Positions 11,474-24,797 of a DNA stretch of 64,000 nt are shown here, one piece after another. The DNA is taken from positions 18,166,001 through 18,230,000 of the forward strand of contig CATNEN010000038.1 of assembly GCA_950097015.1 (NCBI GenBank). Direction: 5' to 3'. The notes under the pieces were generated by a model. That model made no database searches. It saw only the letters and a list, made by a program, of their open reading frames with translations, and had not been told where the DNA came from. The DNA comes from Macrostomum hystrix (Eukaryota > Animalia > Platyhelminthes). Made by a program: the position numbers and the translations under genes. Positions within the stretch are counted from its first letter, which is position 1; every line of letters begins with the position of its first letter.

Positions 11474-11631
11474 TAGGGATGCCAACCGGTTAAAAAACCG
11501 GTTTAAAAAACGGTTTTTAGCAGGAAAACCGGTTCTAAAAAACCGGTTTTTGACGGTTTTTAATGAGTTTTTTTATTTTAATTATGTCTCACAGAGTCAC
11601 AATTTTTGCACTTTGGAGAAAAAATAACTAA
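11474..11631 (-). mobile_element. Truncated inverted copy of the hAT MITE end
   Basis: TAGGGATGCCAACCGG..GAGAAAAAATAACTAA is the reverse complement of ~6766-6936. Confidence 0.85.
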
Positions 11632-12771
11632 TGTAGTGTCAGCTTGTTTGCCCTTCTATTATTCAGTACTTATTTTTAGACGTGTTTTTGCTAAGAGTTC
11701 ACCCACGCCAAGCCGGGCCGGACCAGCTGGGGGAACGGACGCCCACCACCCCGCGAGCGCCACCCCTGGGCTACGGTCCCGGCCAATCAGCGAGCGACCC
11801 GGCCTCACTACCTGTCTACCCTCGGCAAGAAGCGACCCCGGGGCTCAGAACGGCGGTCGCAAGTCTACTGTGATTTGTCGCCTTGGCTCAAGCTACAGCC
11901 AGGCATCCACCTCGCCGATCGACCTAATTTGGGGTTAAAATGACTCTATATAACGAAGCGTGTTTTTTTAGTCCAAATTATCTATTTTTCTTCGCAATTC
12001 GCCTCACACTGTGAGAAGCACGTGCAAATTATCGTTCTCTGCAATTCGCCTCACACTGTGAGAAGCACGTGCAACTAGCCCACTTGTTTTGTCCCTCCCC
12101 GCCCGACCACACTCCGCTTGTTCAGTTAGGTAGCTTTCGGCGCTACGCGTCTTGAGAGTGCGCCGCTGACAAGGGTGGTCTAGATAGGCGCTTGTTGTCT
12201 AAGTCAGTACGTGCTCTCTTCGGAGACTCCGCCGTCAGGCAGAAGGAGTGCCAACCGATAGGATCTGTCGGGGCAGCGCTGAAAGCAGAGACAACCGGAG
12301 CCTCTCGGGAAGAGTAGGGCGCGGATGTAGGCCAGTTAAGTAAAAATTGTTATATCCAAATTGTTAGACCAGACTTGCTTCTCACTGTGAGCGCGCTATA
12401 ATTCATTTCCGTGTGAACATCTATTCTGTCAGTATAACTATTAAGTCAAGTAAACGATATTCAAAGTAATTCCTATTCGTATCTGGAATCTTAGTCACAG
12501 CCAATTAACTCACTCCTAATCAAATTATTCGAGTCTTCGTGTTCATACTGTGTTATTCTTTTTCATTGGGAGTTTCGCCGGGCCGGAGGACGACACACGG
12601 GTCTCATCGCTTATCTATTCCACTTCGCTCGCTACCAGTCTCTAACGCTATTTAATTCCAGATTTCCCTGCTGCTATTGAAACGATTGGTAGGACACCGA
12701 CCCCGGTGAATAGTGAATAGTCGCTAGCTTTAAATACCTCCCGCTCCAGCTAGGACATTCATTTTATTACA
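11632..12771 (-). mobile_element. Probable solo LTR
   Basis: Starts TGTAGT exactly where hAT homology stops and ends ATTACA exactly where the polB fragment stops. Contains a ~45-bp internal duplication (11990-12075). No matching TSD. Confidence 0.4.
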
Positions 12772-13340
12772 ACAGCAAATGGGGAGACTTGCGCAACGTC
12801 TCTGAGCAATGATGAACTGCGAGGCAGGCATATAGAAAGCAGTTGTCTCCCTTACTTGCTGCATTTATGACTGCTTTCTTTCGCTTGAGCGCTTCGGGCA
12901 AGGCAAAGTTTTGGCTTCGACCAATGTAAAATCGGATCCGGTCTCCCTGAGCAATGCACACATCCAAAGAACTGGCAACGTCGAGAATCCAGCCACTACC
13001 ATTGGTGTTTAGGCAGTCGATCATTCGCTCACACGCGCCTACTTAGCGAGCCCACCAATCGTCGAACTCTTCAATCGAATTGATTTCTTCAAGACAGCTA
13101 CTGATCCACTTACCTTCTTCTGAAATCACCTCACGTTCTGAAATCACATTCATCTGCACGTTGAAACGCAACTGAGCGCGGACTATCCTGTTAGAGTCAG
13201 TTAGCTGATCAGAAAGTGTTTTCCTCACTAGATCCTTGCATCATCTGATGAAAGCGAGTGCTTCGAGTCCTTCCTGCCTGGGAGCCATACGAAAAACTTG
13301 AAGCTCTGATGACCCGAACTTGAGGAGTACATGTGGAAGT
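12772..13340 (-). pseudogene. N-terminal region of a Polinton-type protein-primed DNA polymerase B
   Basis: NGSGWILD..LDVCI..FALPEALKRKKAVINAASKGDNCFLYACLAVHH matches the GSGW..LPxxLxxKKAxIN..DNxCFxWAxLA motif. The upstream frame has stops. Confidence 0.72.
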
Positions 13341-13984
13341 AATTAAATAAATCGAATTAGTTTTGTGATGACATATAAATATACATATGCACGCTGGAGA
13401 GAGAATATAATGGATATTGATTAAAAATCACTGATTTTATTCAATTTTTATGGTTGAGGTTTGCTTTAATTTGCAAACAATTAAGTCGATTGTAAAAGTT
13501 CGATAATAAAAAAAATAATGACCGACTAGCATTAAATGTTTCCTGAACCCAATTAGCTTAAACTCACAAGGTTTTTTCAGCTATGTTGCTTGAGCTGTTG
13601 CGGTTGCTATTGACGCTGGAGACACTGCTGCCTCCACCAGACGGTGCCAATTGACTGCCAGCCGCACTTGCTGACTGATGCGGAGTCGACACTTTTCGAG
13701 GGTAGGACTTCAGAGCCCGACTCGGACCAGTTTTCCATTGAATCACCCGACTCACTCCATCCGGCAGGTTCATCAGACTCGCTCCAGTTCTCGTCTGATG
13801 ACTCGCGATCGCTTAAGTTAGCTGAGCTATCCATACTTTGGGGAGCCTCACTTGGAATTGCGGACTCCAGCTGAAATTTTCGACAACTATCATTAAAAAA
13901 AATAATTCTTAATTTCAATAATTAAAAATAATTTACTTATTACACAGAATGTGATATCTTTTCAGCATCGTCGTTATCGTTATC

Positions 13985-14855
13985 ACCTCATCGTTAGTGC
14001 AGTCACGCCAGTTCATCACCAGTTTTGGAAGTTGTTCCTCCTCAATGCAGTCTTCAAAAAACTTCCACGCCCTCTTGTTTGTATAGTCCTTGACGCTTGA
14101 AATCATATCATCCGTGAGATACAAGTTCAGGAACTCCTCGTTCCCATCCGCCGAGTCAGGCGGAGTCCAAGACGGACGAACTCCGGGCGTTCCGAGAAAT
14201 TCTGCCGCATTCGGGACAGCATCCTCCTCTGCGTTGACCATCTGCCATTCCGTCACTTCGCCAACTTCTGCCACTTACATCCCATCTGCCTCCTCCGCGC
14301 CTTCTTCCTCTAGTTCCTGGTCTGTTGATCCATCCAGCGAATCGTCATCAGTAAAAAAATCTTCATCGGAGGATTCCATTCAAAAGAAAGTAAATAATGC
14401 CCGAAAATTAGGTGTATACCAAAAAAATCTGCTAGCACAAAATTTTCTGGTGTTGCGGCAGCCTGCACACCACTTCCATTTATACCGCGCTAACAGCTAA
14501 TCCCACCTCCACAGGTTGGGGGTGGGTGTCGGAGGAGTATCGATCGATGCTTGTACCGAAACGAATGTACTTGGTTCCGTCACTCTTTCTCTCTCCCTCT
14601 TCTCCCTCCCCGCTCTCCCTCTCAGTGTGAACGCAGTGGCTTAGGCTTGGTGCGCCTTTTTACTTTATGTCCCAAATATACTTTGTGCACTGTGAGGCTA
14701 TGTTTGTGTATATAGCACAGTCCATTCAGCGAGCAGCAGGAGGGAAGGGGGTGCTATGGGCAGCATCAGCGACTTCTGTCAAATAGTCTATGGCCCAAAA
14801 ACGGGACAGCCGTCGGCAAAGGGGGTGATAGCTAACCATGCCCGTCTTGTAGAGG
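13985..14855 (-). mobile_element. piggyBac-like element 5' end with truncated transposase (ATG 14379)
   Basis: Terminus TTAA|CCTCTACAAG at 14859-14846. Acidic N-terminus MESSDEDFFTDDD.., one in-frame stop, then FLGTPGV..FLNLYLTDDMISSVKDYTNKRA..WRDCTNDEV, the start of a DDE_Tnp_1_7-type domain. Confidence 0.8.
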
Positions 14856-14992
14856 TTAAGAGTCTATGGCTTTTGTAAAGGAGGCATAGAAAGTTAGCTT
14901 TCATAAGAAATTTCAAAAGTCTCTGCCAGGGAATAAAATTTTGTGGCTTTCATAAATTAGCAACTCATTAACTAATTTGAAGCAAGTGACAA

Positions 14993-17900
14993 ATGCAGCA
15001 TTTATTGTCACTAATAGTCGGCTGCATGCTCATTGGTTTGAATGAAGGACAGCAGCCAGTAGGCATCTTTGATGATGAAGATATATTAAAGATTATTCGT
15101 GTTCATAACAGCCTGCGACTGGAAGCCGACCCACCTGCAACAAGCATGAACTTTATTGTTGAGTACATTTTTATTTACTTTTGCAATTAACTACAAACGC
15201 TAGGAACTCTTTCTTAGCATAATCTACGAGGGGTGTTCCATAAGTACTTATACTTATGGATGCTACTAAAAGAAGTACTCAACCAATCATTATGATCTTG
15301 GTGTCGCTGGAAATCGGCTTTATCGCTCTATATTTTAACGTAAAATTTAGTTACTTTCATCAACTATTTATAAAGTTAAACTCCAATATGTACTTAAGGG
15401 TCACCCATAGTGTTACCAAGAATATGTGCTAGACGATGGGAGAAGAGAAAGCTGTGACTAAAAAATGTTGGCTGCCAATGTCTTCTGGCATCAAAGTAAT
15501 GCCAGAAATTTAGTGCAGCCTATCGCTATGTCCTTAATAATTAAGAAACAGTTTCTATCAACTAATTTCAAATCAGACGTGGAGTTACGGCCTTCAAATG
15601 TTGGCGACTTTGGATTTGGAAAAGGCAAGCAACAGTCACGAGCAGAACACCAGACGCAGCTACATGGGTCCGGCGCAAAACACCTACACCGGTCCCCACC
15701 TTAATATAGAGGACATTGTTCGGGAGTCATGGTTTAATGAAGGTAGAAACGGCATGGCCAATGCGACTGTCTGTCGACATGGCTGCAACTGCTCAAACTA
15801 CATTAACATAATGAGCTCGGCCGCATTTGAGATTGGTTGCGCTTATTTATATCGCATAGACCGATTTTTAAGCAAAAGAGATGCCTATGTATTTCATTGC
15901 AGATACTCACACAGCAACGACGGGTGAGTCTATGGCTTTTGGGAACTAATTGAGTCAGTTCATACCCCATATCCCATAGTGAAATCTTATTGAATATCCT
16001 GAATCCTTTAATATTGTTTTCAGCGCTCCTCCTTACAAAGCAGGACCGGTGTGCTCAGAATGCCCGCCCGATAGGCCATTCTGCCTGTACGATTTGTGCA
16101 TTAGCAATAAAATGGCTGCGGATAGAAAGACACTGGACATTTATCCCATGGCTCGCTCACACTTAAGTAAGCTATTTCGAACTCCCATTTTATGTGCCTA
16201 ATGCGCTATTAGTAAATATATTGATACATTATTTGATAAAAATCACTGCATTTCAAAGGCTGCAGACTTACCTGCAAGGTCTGCTTTAAGCTTGTCGCTA
16301 CACAAAATGAGTGCAGATGCGAATGCTCAAGCCTTTCCAAAGCAACTGGCGGTATATGCAAGAGTGAGTCATCAAGCATTCCTTATATCCTTGCTGTCCA
16401 ATGTCCATATATATTTATAGTCACCCACTGCATACCAATGTCACCCACTGCCTACCAATGTCACCTGTTCTATACCAATCTCACCCACTGCCTACCAATG
16501 TCACCTGTTCTATACCAATCTCACCCACTGCCTACCAATGTCACCTGTTCTATACAAATCTCACCCACTGCCTACCAATGTCACCTGTTCTATACCAATC
16601 TCACCCACTGCCTACCAATGTCACCCACTGCCTACCAATGTCACCCACTGACAACTAATGTCACCCACTGAATACCAATGTCACCCACTGACAACTAATG
16701 TCACCCACTGACTACCAATGTCACCAACTGCCTAACAATGTCACCTGTTCTATACCAATCTCACCCACTGCCTACCAATGTCACCCACTGCCTACCAATG
16801 TCACCCACTGACAACTAATGTCACCCACTGAATACCAATGTCACCCACTGACAACTAATGTCACCCACTGACTACCAATGTCACCAACTGCCTAACAATG
16901 TCACCTGTTCTATACCAATCTCACCCACTGCCTACCAATGTCACCCACTGCCTACCAATGTCACCCACTGCCTACCAATGTCACCCACTGACAACTAATG
17001 TCACCCACTGACTACCAATGTCACCCACTGACTACCAATGTCACCCACTGACTACCAATGTCACCCACTGACAACTAATGTCACCCACTGACTACCAATG
17101 TCACCCACTGACTACCAATGTCACCCACTGACTACCAATGTCACCCACTGACAACTAATGTCACCCACTGACTACCAATGTCACCAACTGCCTACCAATG
17201 TCACCAACTGCCTACCAATGTCATCCACTGACTACCAATGTCACCAACTGCCTACCAATGTCACCAACTGCCTACCAATGTCACCAACTGCCTACCAATG
17301 TCACCAACTGCCTACCAATGTCACCTGTTCTATACCAATCTCACCCACTGCCTACCAATGTCACCCACTGCCTACCAATGTCACCAACTGCCTACCAATG
17401 TCACCAACTGCCTACCAATGTCACCTGTTCTATACCAATCTCACCCACTGCCTACCAATGTCACCCACTGCCTACCAATGTCACCAACTGCCTACCAATG
17501 TCACCAACTGCCTACCAATGTCACCCACTGCCTACCAATGTCACCAACTGCCTACCAATGTCACCAACTGCCTACCAATGTCACCTGTTCTATACCAATC
17601 TCACCCACTGCCTACCAATGTCACCCACTGCCTACCAATGTCACCAACTGCCTACCAATGTCACCAACTGCCTACCAATGTCACCCACTGCCTACCAATG
17701 TCACCCACTGCCTACCAATGTCACCAACTGCCTACCAATGTCACCAACTGCCTACCAATGTCACCTGTTCTATACCAATCTCACCCACTGCCTACCAATG
17801 TCACCTGTTCTATACCAATCTCACCCACTGCCTACCAATGTCACCCACTGCCTACCAATGTCACCCACTGACAACTAATGTCACCCACTGAATACCAATG

Positions 17901-20472
17901 TCACCCACTGACAACTAATGTCACCCACTGACTACCAATGTCACCAACTGCCTAACAATGTCACCTGTTCTATACCAATCTCACCCACTGCCTACCAATG
18001 TCACCCACTGCCTACCAATGTCACCCACTGCCTACCAATGTCACCCACTGACAACTAATGTCACCCACTGACAACTAATGTCACCCACTGACTACCAATG
18101 TCACCCACTGACTACCAATGTCACCCACTGACTACCAATGTCACCCACTGACAACTAATGTCACCCACTGACTACCAATGTCACCCACTGACTACCAATG
18201 TCACCCACTGACAACTAATGTCACCCACTGACTACCAATGTCACCCACTGACTACCAATGTCACCAACTGCCTACCAATGTCACCAACTGCCTACCAATG
18301 TCATCCACTGACTACCAATGTCACCAACTGCCTACCAATGTCACCAACTGCCTACCAATGTCACCAACTGCCTACCAATGTCACCAACTGCCTACCAATG
18401 TCACCTGTTCTATACCAATCTCACCCACTGCCTACCAATGTCACCCACTGCCTACCAATGTCACCAACTGCCTACCAATGTCACCAACTGCCTACCAATG
18501 TCACCTGTTCTATACCAATCTCACCCACTGCCTACCAATGTCACCCACTGCCTACCAATGTCACCAACTGCCTACCAATGTCACCAACTGCCTACCAATG
18601 TCACCCACTGCCTACCAATGTCACCAACTGCCTACCAATGTCACCAACTGCCTACCAATGTCACCTGTTCTATACCAATCTCACCCACTGCCTACCAATG
18701 TCACCCACTGCCTACCAATGTCACCAACTGCCTACCAATGTCACCAACTGCCTACCAATGTCACCCACTGCCTACCAATGTCACCCACTGCCTACCAATG
18801 TCACCAACTGCCTACCAATGTCACCAACTGCCTACCAATGTCACCTGTTCTATACCAATCTCACCCACTGCCTACCAATGTCACCCACTGCCTACCAATG
18901 TCACCCACAGCCTACCAATGTCACCCACTGACAACTAATGTCACCACTGCCTACCAATGTACTCGTAACCCTCGAAACAGAAGTAAAATCATGACAATTT
19001 GTCACCATCCGTTCTAGACCAAGCAAGCAGTCCTTCGTTGAACACCTCGCTTGTCGGTGATTCGGTCTGCATGAACGGCGGCAAAACCAGCGGCGACGCA
19101 GACTGTAGCTGCTCGTGTCCGGTGGGATTTTCTGGAAGGCTCTGCGAGTTCGACGAAAATGAGAGAAATAGCAGCATCGGCATAACCCTTATTTTGAAAA
19201 AATATAGTACGCTAAGAAAAGCAGAGGTAATAAAACGGTCATGCTACAGCTAGGGGAGGGTGACCCTCAAGAAATTGGGGCGACTATGAACCAAGAACTA
19301 AACCAAAATCTAGAAAGAGCGACCTTGAAAATCTAGGGAGAGCGACCTTGAAAATCTAGGGAGAGCGAACTTGAATATCTAGGGAGAGCGACCTTGAAAA
19401 TCTAGGGAGAGCGAACTTGAAAATCTAGAAAGAGCGACCTTGAAAATCTAGGGAGAGCGACCTTGAAAATCTAGGGAGAGCGACCTTGAAAATCTAGGGA
19501 GAGCGAACTTGAAAATCTAGAAAGAGCGACCTTAAAATTCTTGGAGTGAAGGACCTTCAGAACCTACACAAGAGCGACCTTGAAAATCTAGGGAGAATTA
19601 CCTCGAGAAAACACAGGACAGCGACGTTAAAAGGTTAAGGGTGGAGAGAGAACTTAAAGAGCTAATGGTTGGTGACCTTGATAAACGATAAGAAAAAGCA
19701 AAATTAACATTGAAGAACTAAGAGATTATTTCTAAACTGAAACAATACCACTAAGCCTTGATTTGCTCTGTACTCTGCAGTTTTTCACTAATGTTTGGTC
19801 ACAATTGCGAGTCACGATAGCAAGCATTGTCAGCAGCTACTGCCGCTCAGACCTAAGCAAGCTTGTCCGGTGCTGTCCTATGGAGTCCAATGTCACACTT
19901 TCGTCGGGCAATATCAACGAGACTCAAGTAAAACTCAATGAGACAGGAGTTGTCAAGATTGTTGGTATCAATATCACCTCGTACTTTACAGTCAGTGTTG
20001 AGACCACTAAAAGTACTTTGTGCACCGCGATCGCAAGTAACAGTGAGTTTTAATTGGAGCTCTAGGAAATACGTTAATACAGCCTTCATTCCTGCCTTAG
20101 CTTCATTACAGCCTTCATTCCTGCCTTCATTACAGCCATCATTCCTGCCTAAATTAGAGCCATCATTCCTGCACCACAACACTATTATTTTTAGATAGAT
20201 CGCAATACATACCGGCAGAGGAGCTGCTAGCCGCAGTCACAGCTAGTAAGGCAAAAATATCACAGCAACTCGACACGTGTTGCCCAGGCGTTCATCTGCA
20301 TATAATTAATAACACCAGTTACGAAACTATTGCTCCTTGGATGAATACGACACGCAATTATTCAACAGAGTCTTGCGAGGCTACTTATAAAAACTCCGTT
20401 AGCCAAACCACACCAATCGTTCAAATAAAACCGTGGGCCATTGTTTTGTTTTACTTTTTGTACTCTTTCTGA
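14993..20472 (+). CDS. Secreted/GPI-type CAP (SCP/venom-allergen-like) protein with two EGF-like modules, ~502 aa, 7 exons
   Basis: Phase-consistent GT-AG exons: 14993-15157, 15577-15923, 16024-16166, 16259-16363, 19018-19226, 19781-20042, 20195-20472. Motifs: signal peptide, HNSLR..MNFITW, IGCA..FHCRY, PYKAGPVCSECP..C...LC, CMNGG..CSCPVGFSGRLCE, and a hydrophobic C-terminus. Confidence 0.85.
15227..15410. mobile_element. Degenerate Tc1/mariner-like MITE in intron 1
   Basis: TA|CGAGGGGTGTTCCATAAGTAC with an imperfect inverted copy GTACTTAAGGGTCACCCATAG. Confidence 0.45.
16420..18960 (+). repeat. 20-bp intronic minisatellite with higher-order duplication
   Basis: Tandem TCACC(C/A)ACTGCCTACCAATG with the variant TCACCTGTTCTATACCAATC. 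Confidence 0.97.
19305..19600 (+). repeat. ~23-bp intronic minisatellite
   Basis: Tandem GAGCGACCTTGAAAATCTAGGGA. Confidence 0.9.
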
Positions 20473-20582
20473 AGTTAGAAAAGTGTCAAATATATCTAAG
20501 AATTTAGAACCGCATATGCAGAAGCATATTTTATATTTACACAGCTCTCTCAGTCTAGCAGTTAAATTCTATTTTCACGCAT

Positions 20583-22942
20583 TAACAACTAACTAATTTG
20601 ATGGATAACAACTAACTAATTTGATGGATAACAACTAACTAATTGGATGGATAACAACTAACTAATTGGATGGATAACAACTCACTAATTGGATGGATAA
20701 CAACTGAATGATTTGATGGATAACAACTGACTAATTTGATGGATAACAACTCACTAATTGGATGGATAACAACTGACAAATTTGATGGATAACAACTGAA
20801 TGATTTGATGGATAACAACTGACTGATTTGATGGATAACAACTGACTGATCTGATGGAAAACAACTGACTGATTTGATGGATAACAACTCACTAATTGGA
20901 TGGATAACAACTCACTAATTGGATGGATAACAACTCACTAATTGGATGGATAACAACTGAATGATTTGATGGATAACAACTGACTGATTTGATGGATAAC
21001 AACTGACTGATCTGATGGAAAACAACTGACTGATTTGATGGATAACAACTGACTGATTTGATGGATAACAACTGACTGATTTGATGGATAACAACTGACT
21101 GATTTGATGGATAACAACCGACTGATCTGATGGAAAACAACTGACTGATTTGATGGATAACAACTGACTGATTTGATGGATAACAACTGACTGATTTGAT
21201 GGATAACAACTGACTGATTTGATGGATAACAACTGACTGATTTGATGGATAACAACTCACTAATTGGATGGATAACAACTGACTGATTTGATGGATAACA
21301 ACTGACTGATTTGATGGATAACAACTGACTGATTTGATGGATAACAACTCACTAATTGGATGGATAACAACTGAATGATTTGATGGATAACAACTGACTG
21401 ATTTGATGGATAACAACTGACTGATTTGATGGATAACAACTCACTGATTGGATGGATAACAACTGAATGATTTGATGGATAACAACTGACTGATTTGATG
21501 GATAACAACTGACTGATCTGATGGAAAACAACTGACTGATTTGATGGATAACAACTGACTGATTTGATGGATAACAACTGACTGATTTGATGGATAACAA
21601 CTCACTAATTGGATGGATAACAACTGAATGATTTGATGGATAACAACTGACTGATTTGATGGATAACAACTGACTGATCTGATGGAAAACAACTGACTGA
21701 TTTGATGGATAACAACTGACTGATTTGATGGATAACAACTGACTGATTTGATGGATAACAACTGACTGATTTGATGGATAACAACTCACTAATTGGATGG
21801 ATAACAACTGACTGATTTGATGGATAACAACTGACTGATTTGATGGATAACAACTGACTGATTTGATGGATAACAACTCACTAATTGGATGGATAACAAC
21901 TGAATGATTTGATGGATAACAACTGACTGATTTGATGGATAACAACTGACTGATTAGATGGATAACAACTCACTAATTGGATGGATAACAACTGACTGAT
22001 TTGATGGATAACAACTGACTGATTTGATGGATAACAACTGACTGATTTGATGGATAACAACTCACTAATTGGATGGATAACAACTGAATGATTTGATGGA
22101 TAACAACTGACTGATTTGATGGATAACAACTGACTAATTGGATGGATAACAACTCACTAATTGGATGGATAACAACTGAATGATTTGATGGATAACAACT
22201 GACTGATTTGATGGATAACAACTCACTAATTTGATGGATAACAACTGAATGATTTGATGGATAACAACTGACTGATTTGATGGATAACAACTCACTAATT
22301 TGATGGATAACAACTGAATGATTTGATGGATAACAACTGACTGATTTGATGGATAACAACTGACTGATTTGATGGATAACAACTGACTGATTTGATGGAT
22401 AACAACTGAATGATTTGATAGATAACAACTGACTGATTTGATGGATAACAACTGACTGATTTGATGGATAACAACTGACTGATTTGATGGATAACAACTA
22501 ACTAATTGGATGGATAACAACTGAATGATTTGATGGATAACAACTGAATGATTTGATGGATAACAACTGACTGATTTGATGGATAACAACTGACTAATTT
22601 GATGGATAACAACTAACTAATTTGATGGATAACAACTCACTGATTTGATGGATAACAACTGACTGATTTGATGGATAACAACTGACTGATTTGATGGATA
22701 ACAACTGACTGATTTGATGGATAACAACTGACTGATTTGATGGATAACAACTGACTGATTTGATGGATAACAAGTCACTGATTACATGGATAACAACTGA
22801 TTAATTTGATGGATAACAAGTCACTGATTACATGGATAACAACTGACTAATTTGATGGATAACAAGTCACTGATTACATGGATAACAACTGACTAATTTG
22901 ATGGATAACAACTCACTGATTACATGGATAACAACTGACTGA
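20583..22942 (+). repeat. 23-bp intergenic minisatellite
   Basis: Tandem GATGGATAACAACTGACTGATTT. Confidence 0.97.
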
Positions 22943-23365
22943 AAGAAAGAAGACAGCGAAGATTTGAAAAGAAAAGTTTAGAAAGAAAATTATTTCTACT
23001 ACAGCTACTTGTAGTAGTGGTAGTAACAATCTTCATGTTGTACAATTTATTTAACACGATAGAAATATTACAAATACAAAATTTATGTAAAAATGGTTGT
23101 TCACTAAAAATATTTACATTATAAAATCAGAGCTTCTAACGCATACGGTAACAATGTTAATTTTATAATTTGTGCTATTTTAGGCACAAAACTCATTTGC
23201 TTGGAATATCTTGTGGAGGAAACATCATTGCGGAAAGAATTTCTTCTAATGATCAAGATGATCAATGCAAAATCACAGAGTCGAAATGAATTGCTTGATT
23301 AAAAAAATATTATGACAACTTACGAGAGCAGTAATCGAGCTTGTCTATTATTAATCTATAGCAAT

Positions 23366-23500
23366 GATATAGAATCTGAATGGATTGCTAATCTATTCCA
23401 TCGATATAGAATCTGAATGGATTGCTAATCTATTCCATCGATATAGAATCTGAATGGATTGCTAATCGCTCCCAGTTATCTAGAAATTGAATGGATTGCA
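23366..23500 (+). repeat. Short ~37-bp tandem repeat (3-4 copies)
   Basis: GATATAGAATCTGAATGGATTGCTAATCTATTCCATC repeated. Confidence 0.85.
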
Positions 23501-23979
23501 TTCATATTTTTTTATTTAAAACTCTCATACATATGAAGGCAGTAATATAGTTTCTAAAAAACGTGCTTGATTAAAAATGAATTAAAATAATTGTAGAATT
23601 AGTGTCAAGGGCAGGCGGTAGTGTCGAGTCCGATAATAAACAAATCAAATCATATTAGATTGTATTACATAAAAGTGACAAATTATTCAGAAGACAAGAT
23701 AAAGGCATGCATAAAAGGTAAATAAACTATAATTTTAATTCAATCTTTGGCTTTTAAGTAGCAATCGGAAGGAGTTATGGATGATGTAAAATTAGAAATC
23801 TAGGCAAAAATACATGGTTTGTGATTTCTTTTAAAAAGTTTTTAAGGCTGGACTTAAATTTTAGGTTTCAAAACTGATTTGCAACCGATAATTAAAATAT
23901 GAAAATGGCAGTTTACAATCCGGGATAAGAATTCAAAATTGAAAATTTAGAAACCGGATTAGGGATTTCAAGTAAAAAA

Positions 23980-24250
23980 TAATCCGGGATAAGGATCCGG
24001 GGTTTATAATTTATAATCCAGGATAAGGATCCGGGGTTTATAATTTATAATCCAGGATAAGGATCCGGGGTTTATAACTTATAATCCAGGATAAGGATCC
24101 GGGGTTTATAATTTATAATCCGGGATGAGGATCCGGGGTTTATAATTTATAATCCAGGATAAGGATCCGGGGTTTATAATTTATAATCCAGGATAAGGAT
24201 CCGGGGTTTATAATTTATAATCCAGGATAAGGATCCGGGGTTAAAAATTC
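23980..24250 (+). repeat. 34-bp minisatellite with degenerate flanks
   Basis: Tandem GGATAAGGATCCGGGGTTTATAATTTATAATCCA. Confidence 0.9.
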
Positions 24251-24797
24251 ATAATACGGTATAAAGATCTGAGATTTACAATTTATAATTCGCGATAAGG
24301 ATTTAGTAGTGGTAGTATAAAACCAGGGATTAAAGTCTTAAGAGTAAAAAAATTAGAATCCGACATTAAGGATTCAGGAGTAGCAATTTATATTCCGTGA
24401 ATGAGAATTTAGGATTTACAATTGAAAATCCCGGATTAGGATTAGGGATTGACAAATGAAGAATCCAGATTTTTTATAACAATTTGGGATTGATAATTTA
24501 GAATCCGGATTAAGGATTTGGGATTAAGAATAATGAACATTTTAAGTCTTCGATTACAACTTAGGACAGATAATAGGTTTAAGGTATATATATTAAGATG
24601 ATATTAATTAAGTTAGATAATCGGCTTTGGAATCTTAAAATGTCAGCACTAAAAATAGAGCTATTTGAGAATGAAAATCTAGGTGTTACAAGTTGTATCG
24701 AAGAACCTGATTAAACAAACCTGATTACGAGTTGATAAATCTGTAAGCACAAATATTTGAAGCAGCACGCTGGCTATCGTCAATCACAATTGCCCAA

